This document shows positions 30,413 to 40,400 of a DNA stretch of 64,000 nucleotides, one piece after another. The stretch is taken from assembly GCA_965222605.1 (NCBI GenBank), contig OZ244960.1:2592001-2656000 (forward strand), written 5' to 3'. The stretch's first letter is position 1. Each line of letters starts with the position of its first letter. Source of the stretch: Candidatus Latescibacterota bacterium. GTDB lineage: Bacteria > Latescibacterota > UBA2968. A program made the translations under genes and the position numbers. A model generated the notes under the pieces. It did not search any database, was not told where the DNA came from, and worked only from the letters and a program-made list of their open reading frames with translations.

Positions 30413-32115
30413 ATCACACCATGCCCGGAGGTGCGGCGCTCTCGCCTGGGGCGAATCGGTGCTGCGCGCACCACATTTTCCGGATCGTAATCCAGCAACT
30501 TCAACCAATCCTCTGTATTATCCGTCGGCGGGAAAATCTCATTCTCGCTATACTCCATCTCAATCGCCGCGAGCATATCGTCAAAACCGATCCCCTCTAC
30601 CGAACCCGAAGCAATACACCGCTTAATCGCAATCTCCTTCGCGCGCTGCACAATAGACTCGAGAATTGCCCCACTGCACAAATCCCCGCGGCTCAGCACT
30701 TCCTTGCGACCGCTTCTAAGCATCACCTCTAAAAACCGCGTATCATCGCGCCTGACATATATCTCCGCAATCGTACGCGCCACCAGATCGTCAACCGCTG
30801 CCCGCACATTGCCATCCTGTGCATTTAACTCACCCTCTGCCACCGGCAAATCAGCCGTCAAATAAATACCCAAAATCTCGCGCGCCGCATCTTCGTCTGG
30901 CCGGATCACCTTAATTTTGCGATCAATACGCCCCGGCCGCAAAATCGCCGGATCGATCAAATCGGGACGATTGGACGTCAAAATAATCACCACATCATGC
31001 AAAGACTCGATCCCATCCATCTCGGCACAAAACATCGGCACAACCGTATTTGAAATATTGTGCGACCGAGTCGCCCGCCGCGTACCCAAAACCGACTCTG
31101 CCTCATCGATAAACACCACCGGCAAAAACCCCTCGCGCCGCTTCTCGCGCGCCTGAGAGAAAATCTCGCGCACCTTGCGCTCGGACTCCCCCAACCACAT
31201 ATTCAAAATCTCAGGCCCCTTAATATGCATAAAACACGCCTTGAGATTCAGTCCGTCTTCCTGCACCTGCTTCTCCAGATTGTACGCCGTCGCCTTCCCA
31301 ATCAAAGTCTTGCCACATCCCGGCGGGCCGTATAACAAAAACCCCTTGGGCGTACTGTAATGAAAACGCTTAAACAACTCCGGATGCAACACCGGCATCT
31401 CAATCGTATCTTTGATCGCCTGAATCGCCTTTTTTTGCCCACCGATTTTTTCCCACGGCAAATCGGGAACTTCCTCCAGATAAAAATCCTTAACTTCGGA
31501 ATGCGGCATCTTTTCCAGCGCCACGCGAAAAAGGGGATCAATACGCACCTCCTCGCCCGCCTTCAAAGACTCGCGCACCAGATCTGCCCCACGCAGGAGA
31601 ACATGCGTCTGCGAACCGTGTTCTTGCCCCACCTGCAAACGCCCATCGTCCAGCACATCGACAATTTTGCCCACCGTACCCGACGGAGACTCGCCCATAT
31701 CGCCCACCACGGCAAATGCCTCATTGACCAGCACCCGCGTCCCCACCTTCAAACGGCGTTCATCCAACCGCGCATCCACATTCGCATAATACTCCGACCC
31801 ACCCACCGTAATATACGCCACGCCATTTTCCGGCGGCGCCAACAACGTCCCCACCCGATTGGCCGGTGCAGTCACCTTCTCCAGCGTCCCTTCCAACTCC
31901 ACAATCGTGCGCCTCGCCTCCTCAAACGTAATCTCATCTTCCTGAAGCTGCCGGCGCAACTGGAATAAAAGGGGCCGCCGTCGATCTGTCTCATCCATCG
32001 TCATCAAAATCTGATCGATAATCGACAGCGACTGAAACGTATGCTGCATATCCACATAGTCCTGAAGAAAATCTTCAGGTGACTTTCTCTGACGATCAGA
32101 ATCGCTGGTATTGAT
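30409..32115 (-). CDS. arc: Proteasome-associated AAA ATPase ARC/Mpa
   Basis: N-terminal coiled coil + OB-like region; GPPGCGKT, IKGPEILN, FIDEAE, SNRPDLIDPAILRPGRID; start either ATC 32115 (best RBS) or ATG 32049. Confidence 0.92.
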   Translation of the reverse strand: MNTSDSDRQRKSPEDFLQDYVDMQHTFQSLSIIDQILMTMDETDRRRPLLFQLRRQLQEDEITFEEARRTIVELEGTLEKVTAPANRVGTLLAPPENGVAYITVGGSEYYANVDARLDERRLKVGTRVLVNEAFAVVGDMGESPSGTVGKIVDVLDDGRLQVGQEHGSQTHVLLRGADLVRESLKAGEEVRIDPLFRVALEKMPHSEVKDFYLEEVPDLPWEKIGGQKKAIQAIKDTIEMPVLHPELFKRFHYSTPKGFLLYGPPGCGKTLIGKATAYNLEKQVQEDGLNLKACFMHIKGPEILNMWLGESERKVREIFSQAREKRREGFLPVVFIDEAESVLGTRRATRSHNISNTVVPMFCAEMDGIESLHDVVIILTSNRPDLIDPAILRPGRIDRKIKVIRPDEDAAREILGIYLTADLPVAEGELNAQDGNVRAAVDDLVARTIAEIYVRRDDTRFLEVMLRSGRKEVLSRGDLCSGAILESIVQRAKEIAIKRCIASGSVEGIGFDDMLAAIEMEYSENEIFPPTDNTEDWLKLLDYDPENVVRAAPIRPRRERRTSGHGVI

Positions 32116-32145
32116 GGCTGACCCCCTCTCGGATGAAGCATAAAA

Positions 32146-32177
32146 GCAACCACAGATGAACACAGATGAACACGGAT
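32146..32177 (-). repeat. 10-mer tandem element (TTCATCTGTG)n-GTTGC, family E
   Basis: Copies at 32146, 33193, 35054, 47861, 55175 and 60970. Confidence 0.85.
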
Positions 32178-32202
32178 AAAAGGCAAAAAGCGTCTTCTGT
32201 CA

Positions 32203-32231
32203 AGAATACCATATCTCAAAACCCGTGTCAA
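32203..32231 (-). promoter_or_regulatory. Sigma70 promoter of the proteasome operon
   Basis: TTGACA-17-TATTCT with extended -10 TG. Confidence 0.7.
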
Positions 32232-32240
32232 GCCGTGAAC

Positions 32241-33176
32241 TCACTCCTTTTCGAGCTTTTCCAGCTTGCGTTCCATATCAATTTTAATCTCAGCGACAAT
32301 ATTGGCAATCGGGTCCTTCTTCCCCGCCTTAATAACCACAGGCTTATTGATATCAAAATGCACCTTGTGATATAACACCAACCCGCGCGTCGCATCGATT
32401 ACCCACGAACCCCCGCCTGTACCCTTCCCGTTATAATACAGAGAAACCACACTCACCTCGATCCACCCCGCGTACTCCACCTCACTATCCTCATCGATAG
32501 ACACCTCCACGCGCCCCTTCTCATTCTTGATATTCTTCACCTCGTAAGTACTCTTAATTTTAATCTGCGAATCGCGCCCCAGCATATCCATACTCGCAAA
32601 CGGACGCCAAAAATCGCGCTCGCCCGTCCAGGTATCGCCCTTATTAACCGGCTCATCCGGCAAAACGGGCGCAAACGCCGGCATCGCCCCCTGGAACATA
32701 TCCGTAACCAAATCCTGCCGATCCACGCGAAACGCTGCAAATTCAGGCTCAAACTTCTGCACCATGCCCTCGGGCGTCACCTGCCAGGTAAAAGCCCTAT
32801 CATTAAACATATCAAACGTAAACGGAAACTGCTCATACGTCTGCTTCTCGCCCAAAAAAATCGCTGCACTCGCACCCTTTTTAATCTCAGCGCGAACACT
32901 CATCACCCCCTCGGGTATTGTCTTCCCCCGCAACGCCTGCGGCACAACCACCTCTTCATGGCTGCGCCACTCATTATCTATGGTCACGCGAATATGCCCG
33001 CTCTGCATCACAATCTGCTCGCCCTGATTGCTATAATACTCCACCCGAAACTTATGCTTATATTGCGCCTTGCGCCCCTCTGGGAACTTCAGTTCCAACG
33101 CTATAGGCTGTGCCCAACAGTCGGTGACAGCACTGACGAGCACCCCGAAAATAATCGTTAATTTTAATATATGCAT
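32241..33176 (-). CDS. Hypothetical secreted beta-rich protein
   Basis: Signal peptide (MHILKLTIIFGVLVSAVTDCWA); LPDEPVNKGDTW; RBS GGAGG. Confidence 0.75.
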   Translation of the reverse strand: MHILKLTIIFGVLVSAVTDCWAQPIALELKFPEGRKAQYKHKFRVEYYSNQGEQIVMQSGHIRVTIDNEWRSHEEVVVPQALRGKTIPEGVMSVRAEIKKGASAAIFLGEKQTYEQFPFTFDMFNDRAFTWQVTPEGMVQKFEPEFAAFRVDRQDLVTDMFQGAMPAFAPVLPDEPVNKGDTWTGERDFWRPFASMDMLGRDSQIKIKSTYEVKNIKNEKGRVEVSIDEDSEVEYAGWIEVSVVSLYYNGKGTGGGSWVIDATRGLVLYHKVHFDINKPVVIKAGKKDPIANIVAEIKIDMERKLEKLEKE

Positions 33177-33230
33177 AAGAACCTCCAAAACTGCAACCAC
33201 CGATGGATACAGATAAACACGGATGAGATG

Positions 33231-33737
33231 CTAATCTATTTCGATTCTTTTAATCACTTCTCGACACAAATCGGCTGATATCCAGATAGCATCATGGGCG
33301 ATGATGATCTCTATCAAGGTATTGACTTCAGCAAGGGAAATCAAATTTTCGCGGTAAGCCTGAACAATTATACCCAATGTCCCTTTGACCCTCAACCCGA
33401 GTTTTTTGGCCTCTTCTCTCGCCTTTAGGTCATCAAGTAGTACCAAGCTATCTGCTTCTTGTGTACTGAGATAAATGGCTTCTTTTTCTCCCGCATCCAA
33501 AGCCAGTGAAACTATCTCTAATGGTAAATCAGCTACATCCTCAACGATGAGTTGCTTTTGACGTATTGCTATTTCGGCCATCCTCGCATCAATGTGACCT
33601 TGTTTTCCCCCCGTGATAACAACCTCTCGATGAACCTCTGCGGAGATACTTACTTGCCCAAATAGTCGAAAAAGGATATCCAAAGTACCTATTTTACCCA
33701 GTGCCATCAGAGGACCAGAATTACAAAAGACCTTCAC
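33231..33737 (-). CDS. DUF3368 PIN-like nucleic-acid-binding protein (TA toxin-like)
   Basis: NSGPLMAL, LDAGEKEAI, LLDDLKAR, GTLGII. Confidence 0.85.
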   Translation of the reverse strand: MKVFCNSGPLMALGKIGTLDILFRLFGQVSISAEVHREVVITGGKQGHIDARMAEIAIRQKQLIVEDVADLPLEIVSLALDAGEKEAIYLSTQEADSLVLLDDLKAREEAKKLGLRVKGTLGIIVQAYRENLISLAEVNTLIEIIIAHDAIWISADLCREVIKRIEID

Positions 33738-33997
33738 ACCAGTTCTTCCTGGACCTGGGTTTTACTCCAACGAGGTTGGATTCCAACGATCCGAGCCTGA
33801 TGTACCATTTCCTGCTCTGTTAGATCGGCGAGTTCTGCTGCTCTGCCAATTGATACAAGCCCGCGCTGGTAGAGCAACAGGGCTTCCTGAATTTTGACCT
33901 GAGACAACCCGAGCAACAGAAGCTCTCCCAACCGGTCTTTATAGGCTTCCAACTCCGCCATTTTTTGATCGGGAATTTCGACTGTTGTTTTTGCCAT
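33734..33997 (-). CDS. UPF0175 family antitoxin-like protein
   Basis: LYQRGLVSIGRAAELA; overlaps the DUF3368 start. Confidence 0.8.
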   Translation of the reverse strand: MAKTTVEIPDQKMAELEAYKDRLGELLLLGLSQVKIQEALLLYQRGLVSIGRAAELADLTEQEMVHQARIVGIQPRWSKTQVQEELV

Positions 33998-34019
33998 CCG
34001 TAAGATCCTTATTCTCAAT

Positions 34020-35030
34020 TCACCGCCTTCTCGCGCGCTTCACGCGCACCGGGCGGCCGTTTTTTTCTGCGGACTCCCAGGCGGCTTCGGTCAACTGAAT
34101 CACGCGCAAACCGCACACGGGCGGCACCTGAATTTCATCGCGCCCCAAAATCGCATCTACAAAATTTTGATCTGGACTCACAAACCGCGACGGCAAACTA
34201 TTGGCATCGACCTCAACCGGTGCATTGCCACCGTACTTGCACGTCACCTTCCCATTGCGAGAATAAATCGCCCCCTTTGTGCCCCAAATCGTAATATCCT
34301 CCCACATTCCCGGACCCGGACCTGTACCCACAACAGAAAAATTCGCCAACGCGCCATTCTCAAACACAATGGACAGCGCCGAATTAATATCCACCTCCGT
34401 ATCCAGATTCTCCATAAAAGCCGATACGCGCGCGGGCGCCTGATCCACCATCCACAGCACAACATCCAGCAAATGACTCCCCGAATCATTCAACTGACCC
34501 CCGCCCGACAGCGCGTGGACCTGCCGCCACTTCCCCTGTTGATTCTCATACCAATGCTGATCTTGCATCGCCTGAATAAACTGAACCTCTCCGATCTCAC
34601 CCGCCTGAATCTGATTCCGCATAAACCGAAACGTCGGCGCCATGTGCCGTTGATAGGACACCATCAAAACCCGATCCACCTCCTCTGCCTTATCCATCAC
34701 CTGAAGCGCGTGGTCAACCGTACACACCATCGGCTTCTCCGTCAGCACATGCAGACCCTTATCCAAACTATCCATAATCTGTTCAAAATGCAACGTATGC
34801 GGCGTAGAAATCTCTGTCGCATCCATCTCCACATTATTCAGCATCTCCCTGTGATTGGCAAACCTCGGCAACGCCTCTGCCTGGGGCACGCGCTCAAACA
34901 ACCGCGCAAAACTCGCCTCACTCGGATCTGCGAGTGCCACAACCTCCACATCCTGCATCTTCATCAAACGCCCGATGTGGCCGCCCATATTGCCACCACA
35001 CCCGATTAAACCCATTCGCACCTTCTCCAT
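34020..35030 (-). CDS. Gfo/Idh/MocA family oxidoreductase
   Basis: GLIGCGG, HVLTEKPM, GGGQLNDSGSH. Confidence 0.93.
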   Translation of the reverse strand: MEKVRMGLIGCGGNMGGHIGRLMKMQDVEVVALADPSEASFARLFERVPQAEALPRFANHREMLNNVEMDATEISTPHTLHFEQIMDSLDKGLHVLTEKPMVCTVDHALQVMDKAEEVDRVLMVSYQRHMAPTFRFMRNQIQAGEIGEVQFIQAMQDQHWYENQQGKWRQVHALSGGGQLNDSGSHLLDVVLWMVDQAPARVSAFMENLDTEVDINSALSIVFENGALANFSVVGTGPGPGMWEDITIWGTKGAIYSRNGKVTCKYGGNAPVEVDANSLPSRFVSPDQNFVDAILGRDEIQVPPVCGLRVIQLTEAAWESAEKNGRPVRVKRARRR

Positions 35031-35159
35031 CCAAAACTCCTTTCAAATCAAATGCAACCACCGATGAACACCGATGAACACAGAGATGACGGGACGGCAC
35101 GGGGACCGTCCCCTACAACGTGCTCGAATATAGTTTCACATATACAATACCGCAATAAC

Positions 35160-35199
35160 AAAAAAAAGGCCACTGGACAATATGCCCAATGACCTTTTT
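35160..35199 (-). terminator. Rho-independent terminator after the surface-protein operon
   Basis: AAAAAGGTCATTGGGCA..TGTCCAGTGGCC followed by a T-tract on the minus strand. Confidence 0.7.
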
Positions 35200-35221
35200 G
35201 AATCGGCACCGTCCCAACAAC

Positions 35222-35275
35222 GGGACGGCACGGGGACCGTCTCAACAACGGGACGGCACGGGGACCGTCCCCTAC
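35222..35275. repeat. Tandem REP family B copies
   Basis: 35222-35241 and 35250-35275; another copy at 35091-35116. Confidence 0.85.
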
Positions 35276-37320
35276 TTCAACAGCAGCATCTTCTGGATCG
35301 CGGTATTTGAACCCGCTTTGATCTCGGCGATATAAACGCCACTACCAACGCTGCGGCCCAGATAATCCTTAGCATCCCACTGGACACTATAACGACCTGC
35401 TGTATAATGCCGGCTCACGAGTTGACGAATCTCCTGCCCAATCGCATCGTAAATCACGATAGACACATCTGTCTCAGCAGGCAAATCATAGGAAATCGTC
35501 GTTCTCGGGTTAAACGGATTGGGATAAACCGTCGAAGCAAATTCTGTGGGCAGAATGAAACGCGCGCCCAACAGCACCTCAATCGGATTCGAACGATTAA
35601 TCGTCCCATCCAGATCAATTTGCTCGAGCAGGTAATAAACCTTCCCAACAGCGGGAAGGCTCGTATCCTCAAACATATAATCCATCAACTGATCGGTCGT
35701 ACCGGCACCGGCTATGAGCGCGCTGACCACCTCGTAGGTCTCACCATCCGTGCTGCGAAGCACGCGGAAACCCGCATTATTGGTCTGCGAAGCCGTCGCC
35801 CAATTCAGCACCACGCGGTCTTCAATCACCGATCCGACAAAAGACGACAACTCAATCGGCACCTGCTCGTCAAACTGAACAGTTGTCTCAACAGAAGCCA
35901 TGCCATCACTCGCCGTCACCGTGACAACAGCGGAACCCAGACCAGTCGCAGTCAAAACATAAACTTCAAGCATATTCATGTCCGGGTGACCATCGATCAT
36001 AGCCGCGCCTTCTACAGTATGCGAAAAGGTAATTTTAGAACCCTCGGCAAAGCCCAGAGCGGTAATCTTAACCGTCGCTTCACCACCGCGCGGAATCGTC
36101 GCAATAGTCGCAGACACCTCCAGCCGCGGACCGAAATTATACATCACCGGTGCTGGAATCATCAGCATCGTCGTCTCGCCAGACGCGAGAAGCCCTGTAA
36201 ACGACTCAACACCAACCGTAAACGGCACAGCCTCAGCACCTGTCATCAGCTTCACCGTGCCCAAAAAACCACCATTGGACAGCATCACCGCTTGTTCAGA
36301 ACCAACATCGACCATATTACCGGAAATACCCAGCAGAGTTATACCCTCAGCAGGTGCAAAACCCGTGATCATCGCCGCAGAAGCCGGATCAATCGTAAAT
36401 GAGATACTCGCACCGCCGATACCACCATCTATATCACCTGCAAACACCTCAATGGCAATCTCTTCATTGGCACCGGCACTGGCCGCGAGCATACCATCAT
36501 CCATCATATTCATCATGTCCATGCCGACAACGGCATCCAGCGCGGGAAGCCTCACCTCGACAAACTCAATCGTAATCGGATCGGTTGTGGTCATACCATC
36601 ACTCGCCGTCACGATCGCCTTTGCCGGGCCACTTGCCGTCAACGTCAGCGTGGCGCCATCCATCATGGACATAACATGCTCAATCATTTCGCCCTGCACG
36701 TCAAAGGTAATCGTCGCATCGGCGGCAAAATTCACAGCCGTAATCGTTGCCTTCCCGGTGCTACCCGCTGGCACAGAAACCACAGTCGCATCTGCTTCCA
36801 GCCTGGGAATGGCATTAAAAGACAAGGGTGCCATCATCGCCGTGGTAATATCATCAGTGTTAGTAGGATCGGCACCACTGGCCAGGCTCTTAATACTGAC
36901 GCCAACTGTAAATTCAGTACTTGCCATCACACCTTCTACGGGCGTCAGCGTAACAGTCGTGAAATAGTCGTTGGTCAAAGAAGCACCAGGTGGAACACCA
37001 CCAATAGTAGCAACATTTGCTGTTGTACCCAGAACAAAAAGTCCCGCAGCAGAAGTCGCACTTTTGACCGTCAGCTTATCCGTATCAAAAGTTATCTCAC
37101 CACCGACAATGGGACCTGCCAACCCACTGATAAATATTTCAACGACAACATCGGTACCCGCAACAGCAGTACCCGATGTATGGCCATCATTCATTTTATT
37201 GTCACTGGCATCAATGTCAACTGACAAAACAGCATTTGCATTGGGACCAGCAGAAGCTTGACCCACAAACGCCAGAAATGCAAGGGCAGTAAAAAATAAC
37301 AATCCTCTTTTCAAAAACAT
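35272..37320 (-). CDS. Secreted acidic protein with two cohesin-like/Ig-like domains and FlgD-Ig/T9SS-like C-terminus
   Basis: Signal peptide; VPIELSSF...WATASQTNNAGF; YPNPFNPRTTISYDLP...WDAKD...SGVY...KMLLLK. Confidence 0.85.
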   Translation of the reverse strand: MFLKRGLLFFTALAFLAFVGQASAGPNANAVLSVDIDASDNKMNDGHTSGTAVAGTDVVVEIFISGLAGPIVGGEITFDTDKLTVKSATSAAGLFVLGTTANVATIGGVPPGASLTNDYFTTVTLTPVEGVMASTEFTVGVSIKSLASGADPTNTDDITTAMMAPLSFNAIPRLEADATVVSVPAGSTGKATITAVNFAADATITFDVQGEMIEHVMSMMDGATLTLTASGPAKAIVTASDGMTTTDPITIEFVEVRLPALDAVVGMDMMNMMDDGMLAASAGANEEIAIEVFAGDIDGGIGGASISFTIDPASAAMITGFAPAEGITLLGISGNMVDVGSEQAVMLSNGGFLGTVKLMTGAEAVPFTVGVESFTGLLASGETTMLMIPAPVMYNFGPRLEVSATIATIPRGGEATVKITALGFAEGSKITFSHTVEGAAMIDGHPDMNMLEVYVLTATGLGSAVVTVTASDGMASVETTVQFDEQVPIELSSFVGSVIEDRVVLNWATASQTNNAGFRVLRSTDGETYEVVSALIAGAGTTDQLMDYMFEDTSLPAVGKVYYLLEQIDLDGTINRSNPIEVLLGARFILPTEFASTVYPNPFNPRTTISYDLPAETDVSIVIYDAIGQEIRQLVSRHYTAGRYSVQWDAKDYLGRSVGSGVYIAEIKAGSNTAIQKMLLLK

Positions 37321-37403
37321 TTGCAAGACTCCTTCGCTGAAAACTACTCCTTGTAAGTTCTGAGGGAAAAATTAGGGGCGAGGCATGCCTCGCCCCTACC
37401 GAA

Positions 37404-40400
37404 TTACTTGAGCAGCATCAGCTTCCGCACATCCTGGAACTTCCCTGCCGAAATCTGGTAGAAATAAATCCCACTCGAAACCGGCATCCCGCGATCGTCC
37501 ATACCGTCCCAACGGACCTGATAACGACCGACCGACTGCGATTCAGCAGCCATAAGCGTCCGCACGACCTGACCCACCACATTGTAAATCTGGAGCGTCA
37601 CATCGGCAGACTCGGCCAATTCATAACCGATCGTTGTGTCGGGGTTAAACGGATTGGGGAAATTCTGGAGCAGTGCAAACTCTGTAGGCGTCGTCTGAAT
37701 ATCCAGCACACCGCCAGCCAACGGATTGGCGAACTGACTCGGATCGAAAACCAGACCGTCGGCAATCTCAAACCGCGCATTATCTTCAAAATCGCTCAAC
37801 ACGCGGAAAATCAACCGAACAATATCGCCATCACCAGAAACCTCCGAGCCATTAACGATCGCATTCATAACGTTAACCTGCCCGGCCTCATCCGACAAGC
37901 TTCTGAACAGCGGGGTCTCGCCACCTGCGGACTTCAGCAAATCCTCAGCAGCCGGCACCGCTTCTACAAACTCGAACTTCTCAGCATCGAAGTGCAGCAC
38001 AAACCCATAACCCATCAGAGCCTGCACATTGGCCAGAGACACATCCACAAACATCATCTCGCCAGCCACCACGCGATCACTGCCCAAACGCAATGAGAAC
38101 TCAGCATTCTCATTCACGCCAAGAATAGGCGTAACCAGAGACTTGCCCGCCGGACCCTGTGCTTCTTTGCCATACGAGCTAAAGAACAGAATAAAGTCAT
38201 CGAAATTGACCATCTTATCGTCATTCAGGTCAGCCTGAACAAAAACTCTCCAGTTCTCGTGCGTCTCATCGGTATTAAACGCCATCGTAAAGGCTACAAA
38301 GTCTTCAAAGTCAACCGTCAGCGGCGTCATAGCCCCGTGCCTGTCGAGCTTCACGACATAAACAGAACCACCGTCTGCATCCACAAACGCCTTGCGCGTC
38401 GGGATAAGCTCAACCACCAGCGGCACACTCGGCGTCATATTGGTCCCGTCCATCGCAACCACAGTCAACAGCACCGCGGGCACACCCTGATTAATCAGAG
38501 ACTCAATCAAAGCCTGCGGAACCTGGAAACTGGTCGAACCAGCGGGAACAACACCGATATCGATCATCGCATCTTCGCTGGCACCACCCATAATCCTGTA
38601 ACCCAGCACATGGGGAATGACAATCGCGTAACCGCGATACATCACCATATCCAGGCCACCATCATCGGCGGACGCCGTCCAGGTAACCATCCCGGTCTCC
38701 ACATCAGCGGCAAGATCGGTCGCAGCAGCAGGGGCTGTATCATCTACCGCACCCACCATATCACCCGTGGGCGTAATTGGAGACGAAACAATAGGACCAG
38801 ACCCATCCGTGCGAATATTCTGCGGAACAGCAACATCGCCACCCACCAGAACACTCAAATCCGGATCCAGCGCGGCAAACACCACATTCTTCCTACCGCC
38901 AATAATCGAATTGATATAATCAGCAGAAGGCATAAACATCTTGGCAAGCTCATCCTCGGTGACAATCCGATTGGGATCCACACCCAAAAGCTGAGCCATC
39001 AGTTGCACGCTCTCCTTGGAGAACACGCGCTTGCCAGCAGGCGTAATCTCTGCCGAATCCATACCCTTCTCAGCAGCAACGCCCCAGCGAGTCGCCGTGT
39101 CGTCCGTCACCGGAACAACCGCGCGCGTCATACCTTCTTCATCATCATTGTCCATCGCGTCAACAACAGCCCAGGGAACCCACTTCGCCACCGGCTCACC
39201 GACTACCACATTGCCGTCGGCATCCATTGCGGTATTCACCATCATCTCGCGATAAACGCGATACTGACTCACATCAGCGTGATTTGACGAATTGGCAAAA
39301 CTCACCATCACATAATGGCCATTATCCCCTTCCTGATCCTGCACAACCACACTCGCAGGAGCAGCGGGCAACTCTTGCTCAAACGTCACTTCAACCGCAG
39401 ACGTCGTAATGCCCGCACCAGAAGCCGTCACAGACACAGTAACCGTGCCAGTAGAAGTCAGCGTCAGCACATTGCCATCTGCCGACGTTGTAAGATAAGG
39501 ACTGTCTGACGGATCAACATTGAACGTAATCTCGGCACCTTCGGGGAAACCAGTCGCAACGACCATTGCCATAGCACTGGGAACCGTAGCTTGCGGAACC
39601 ATAACCGTCTCAGTCGCATCTGACGCAACAGAGGGCATCGCCCGGAACAGAATGCTAACCATCTCAGTTGATGTACCATCAGCACCAGTACCTGTCACTG
39701 ACACCATCGCAGACCCTTCACCGCTCGCCGTCAACGTCACCATACCACCATCGGTATCGGCGTTAACCGTAGCGGTACCAGAAGTCCTGCTTATCATATA
39801 ACTAATAACACCTTCAAGACCCGTTGCCGAAATCGTCACCGAATAGTCCCCACCCTCGGGGATAATAACATCCGTTTCACTTGCAGTCAGATAAGGATCG
39901 GGATTCGAGAACGTAATCGTCAGCGAAACAGAAGCCGTACCATCGGTAGCCGTCACCGTCACAGTGCCGGGAGCTCCCGTCGTAATCATCAGGCTGGAAC
40001 CATCTTCCACAGCCTGAAAATCGGTAGAAGCTGTATAAGTAAACCTGATCTCAGCACCTTCATCAAAACCGGCAGCCGTAACCGACGCTGAAGCTGAGGC
40101 GCCAAAATCTTCAAACATCACCTCGGTGCTCTCAGTCATCAACACCGGTGGAGCCTTTGTAAAAACAATCGTAACCGGATCGAGATCAACGCCACCAGCC
40201 GTTGCAGACACCGTCACTGTGGCATTGCCCGTTGCGGACACCGTCACAGAATTACCATCATCCGACACCGTGCCCGCATCAGCGGGATCTACGGTAAACT
40301 CAACCGCTTCACCCTCTGTATCAATCGCGGTCACTGTCGCCATCGCCGTTTCGCCAAAGGGAACTTCGACCGCAGTTGCATCGGCTTCGAGAGAGGGCGA

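Noticed and set aside
29000-30490. Long antisense ORFs (also 1435-2385, 16488-17618, 34167-35009, 38259-39287)
   Set aside because: Shadows of well-supported genes on the opposite strand, with no motifs.
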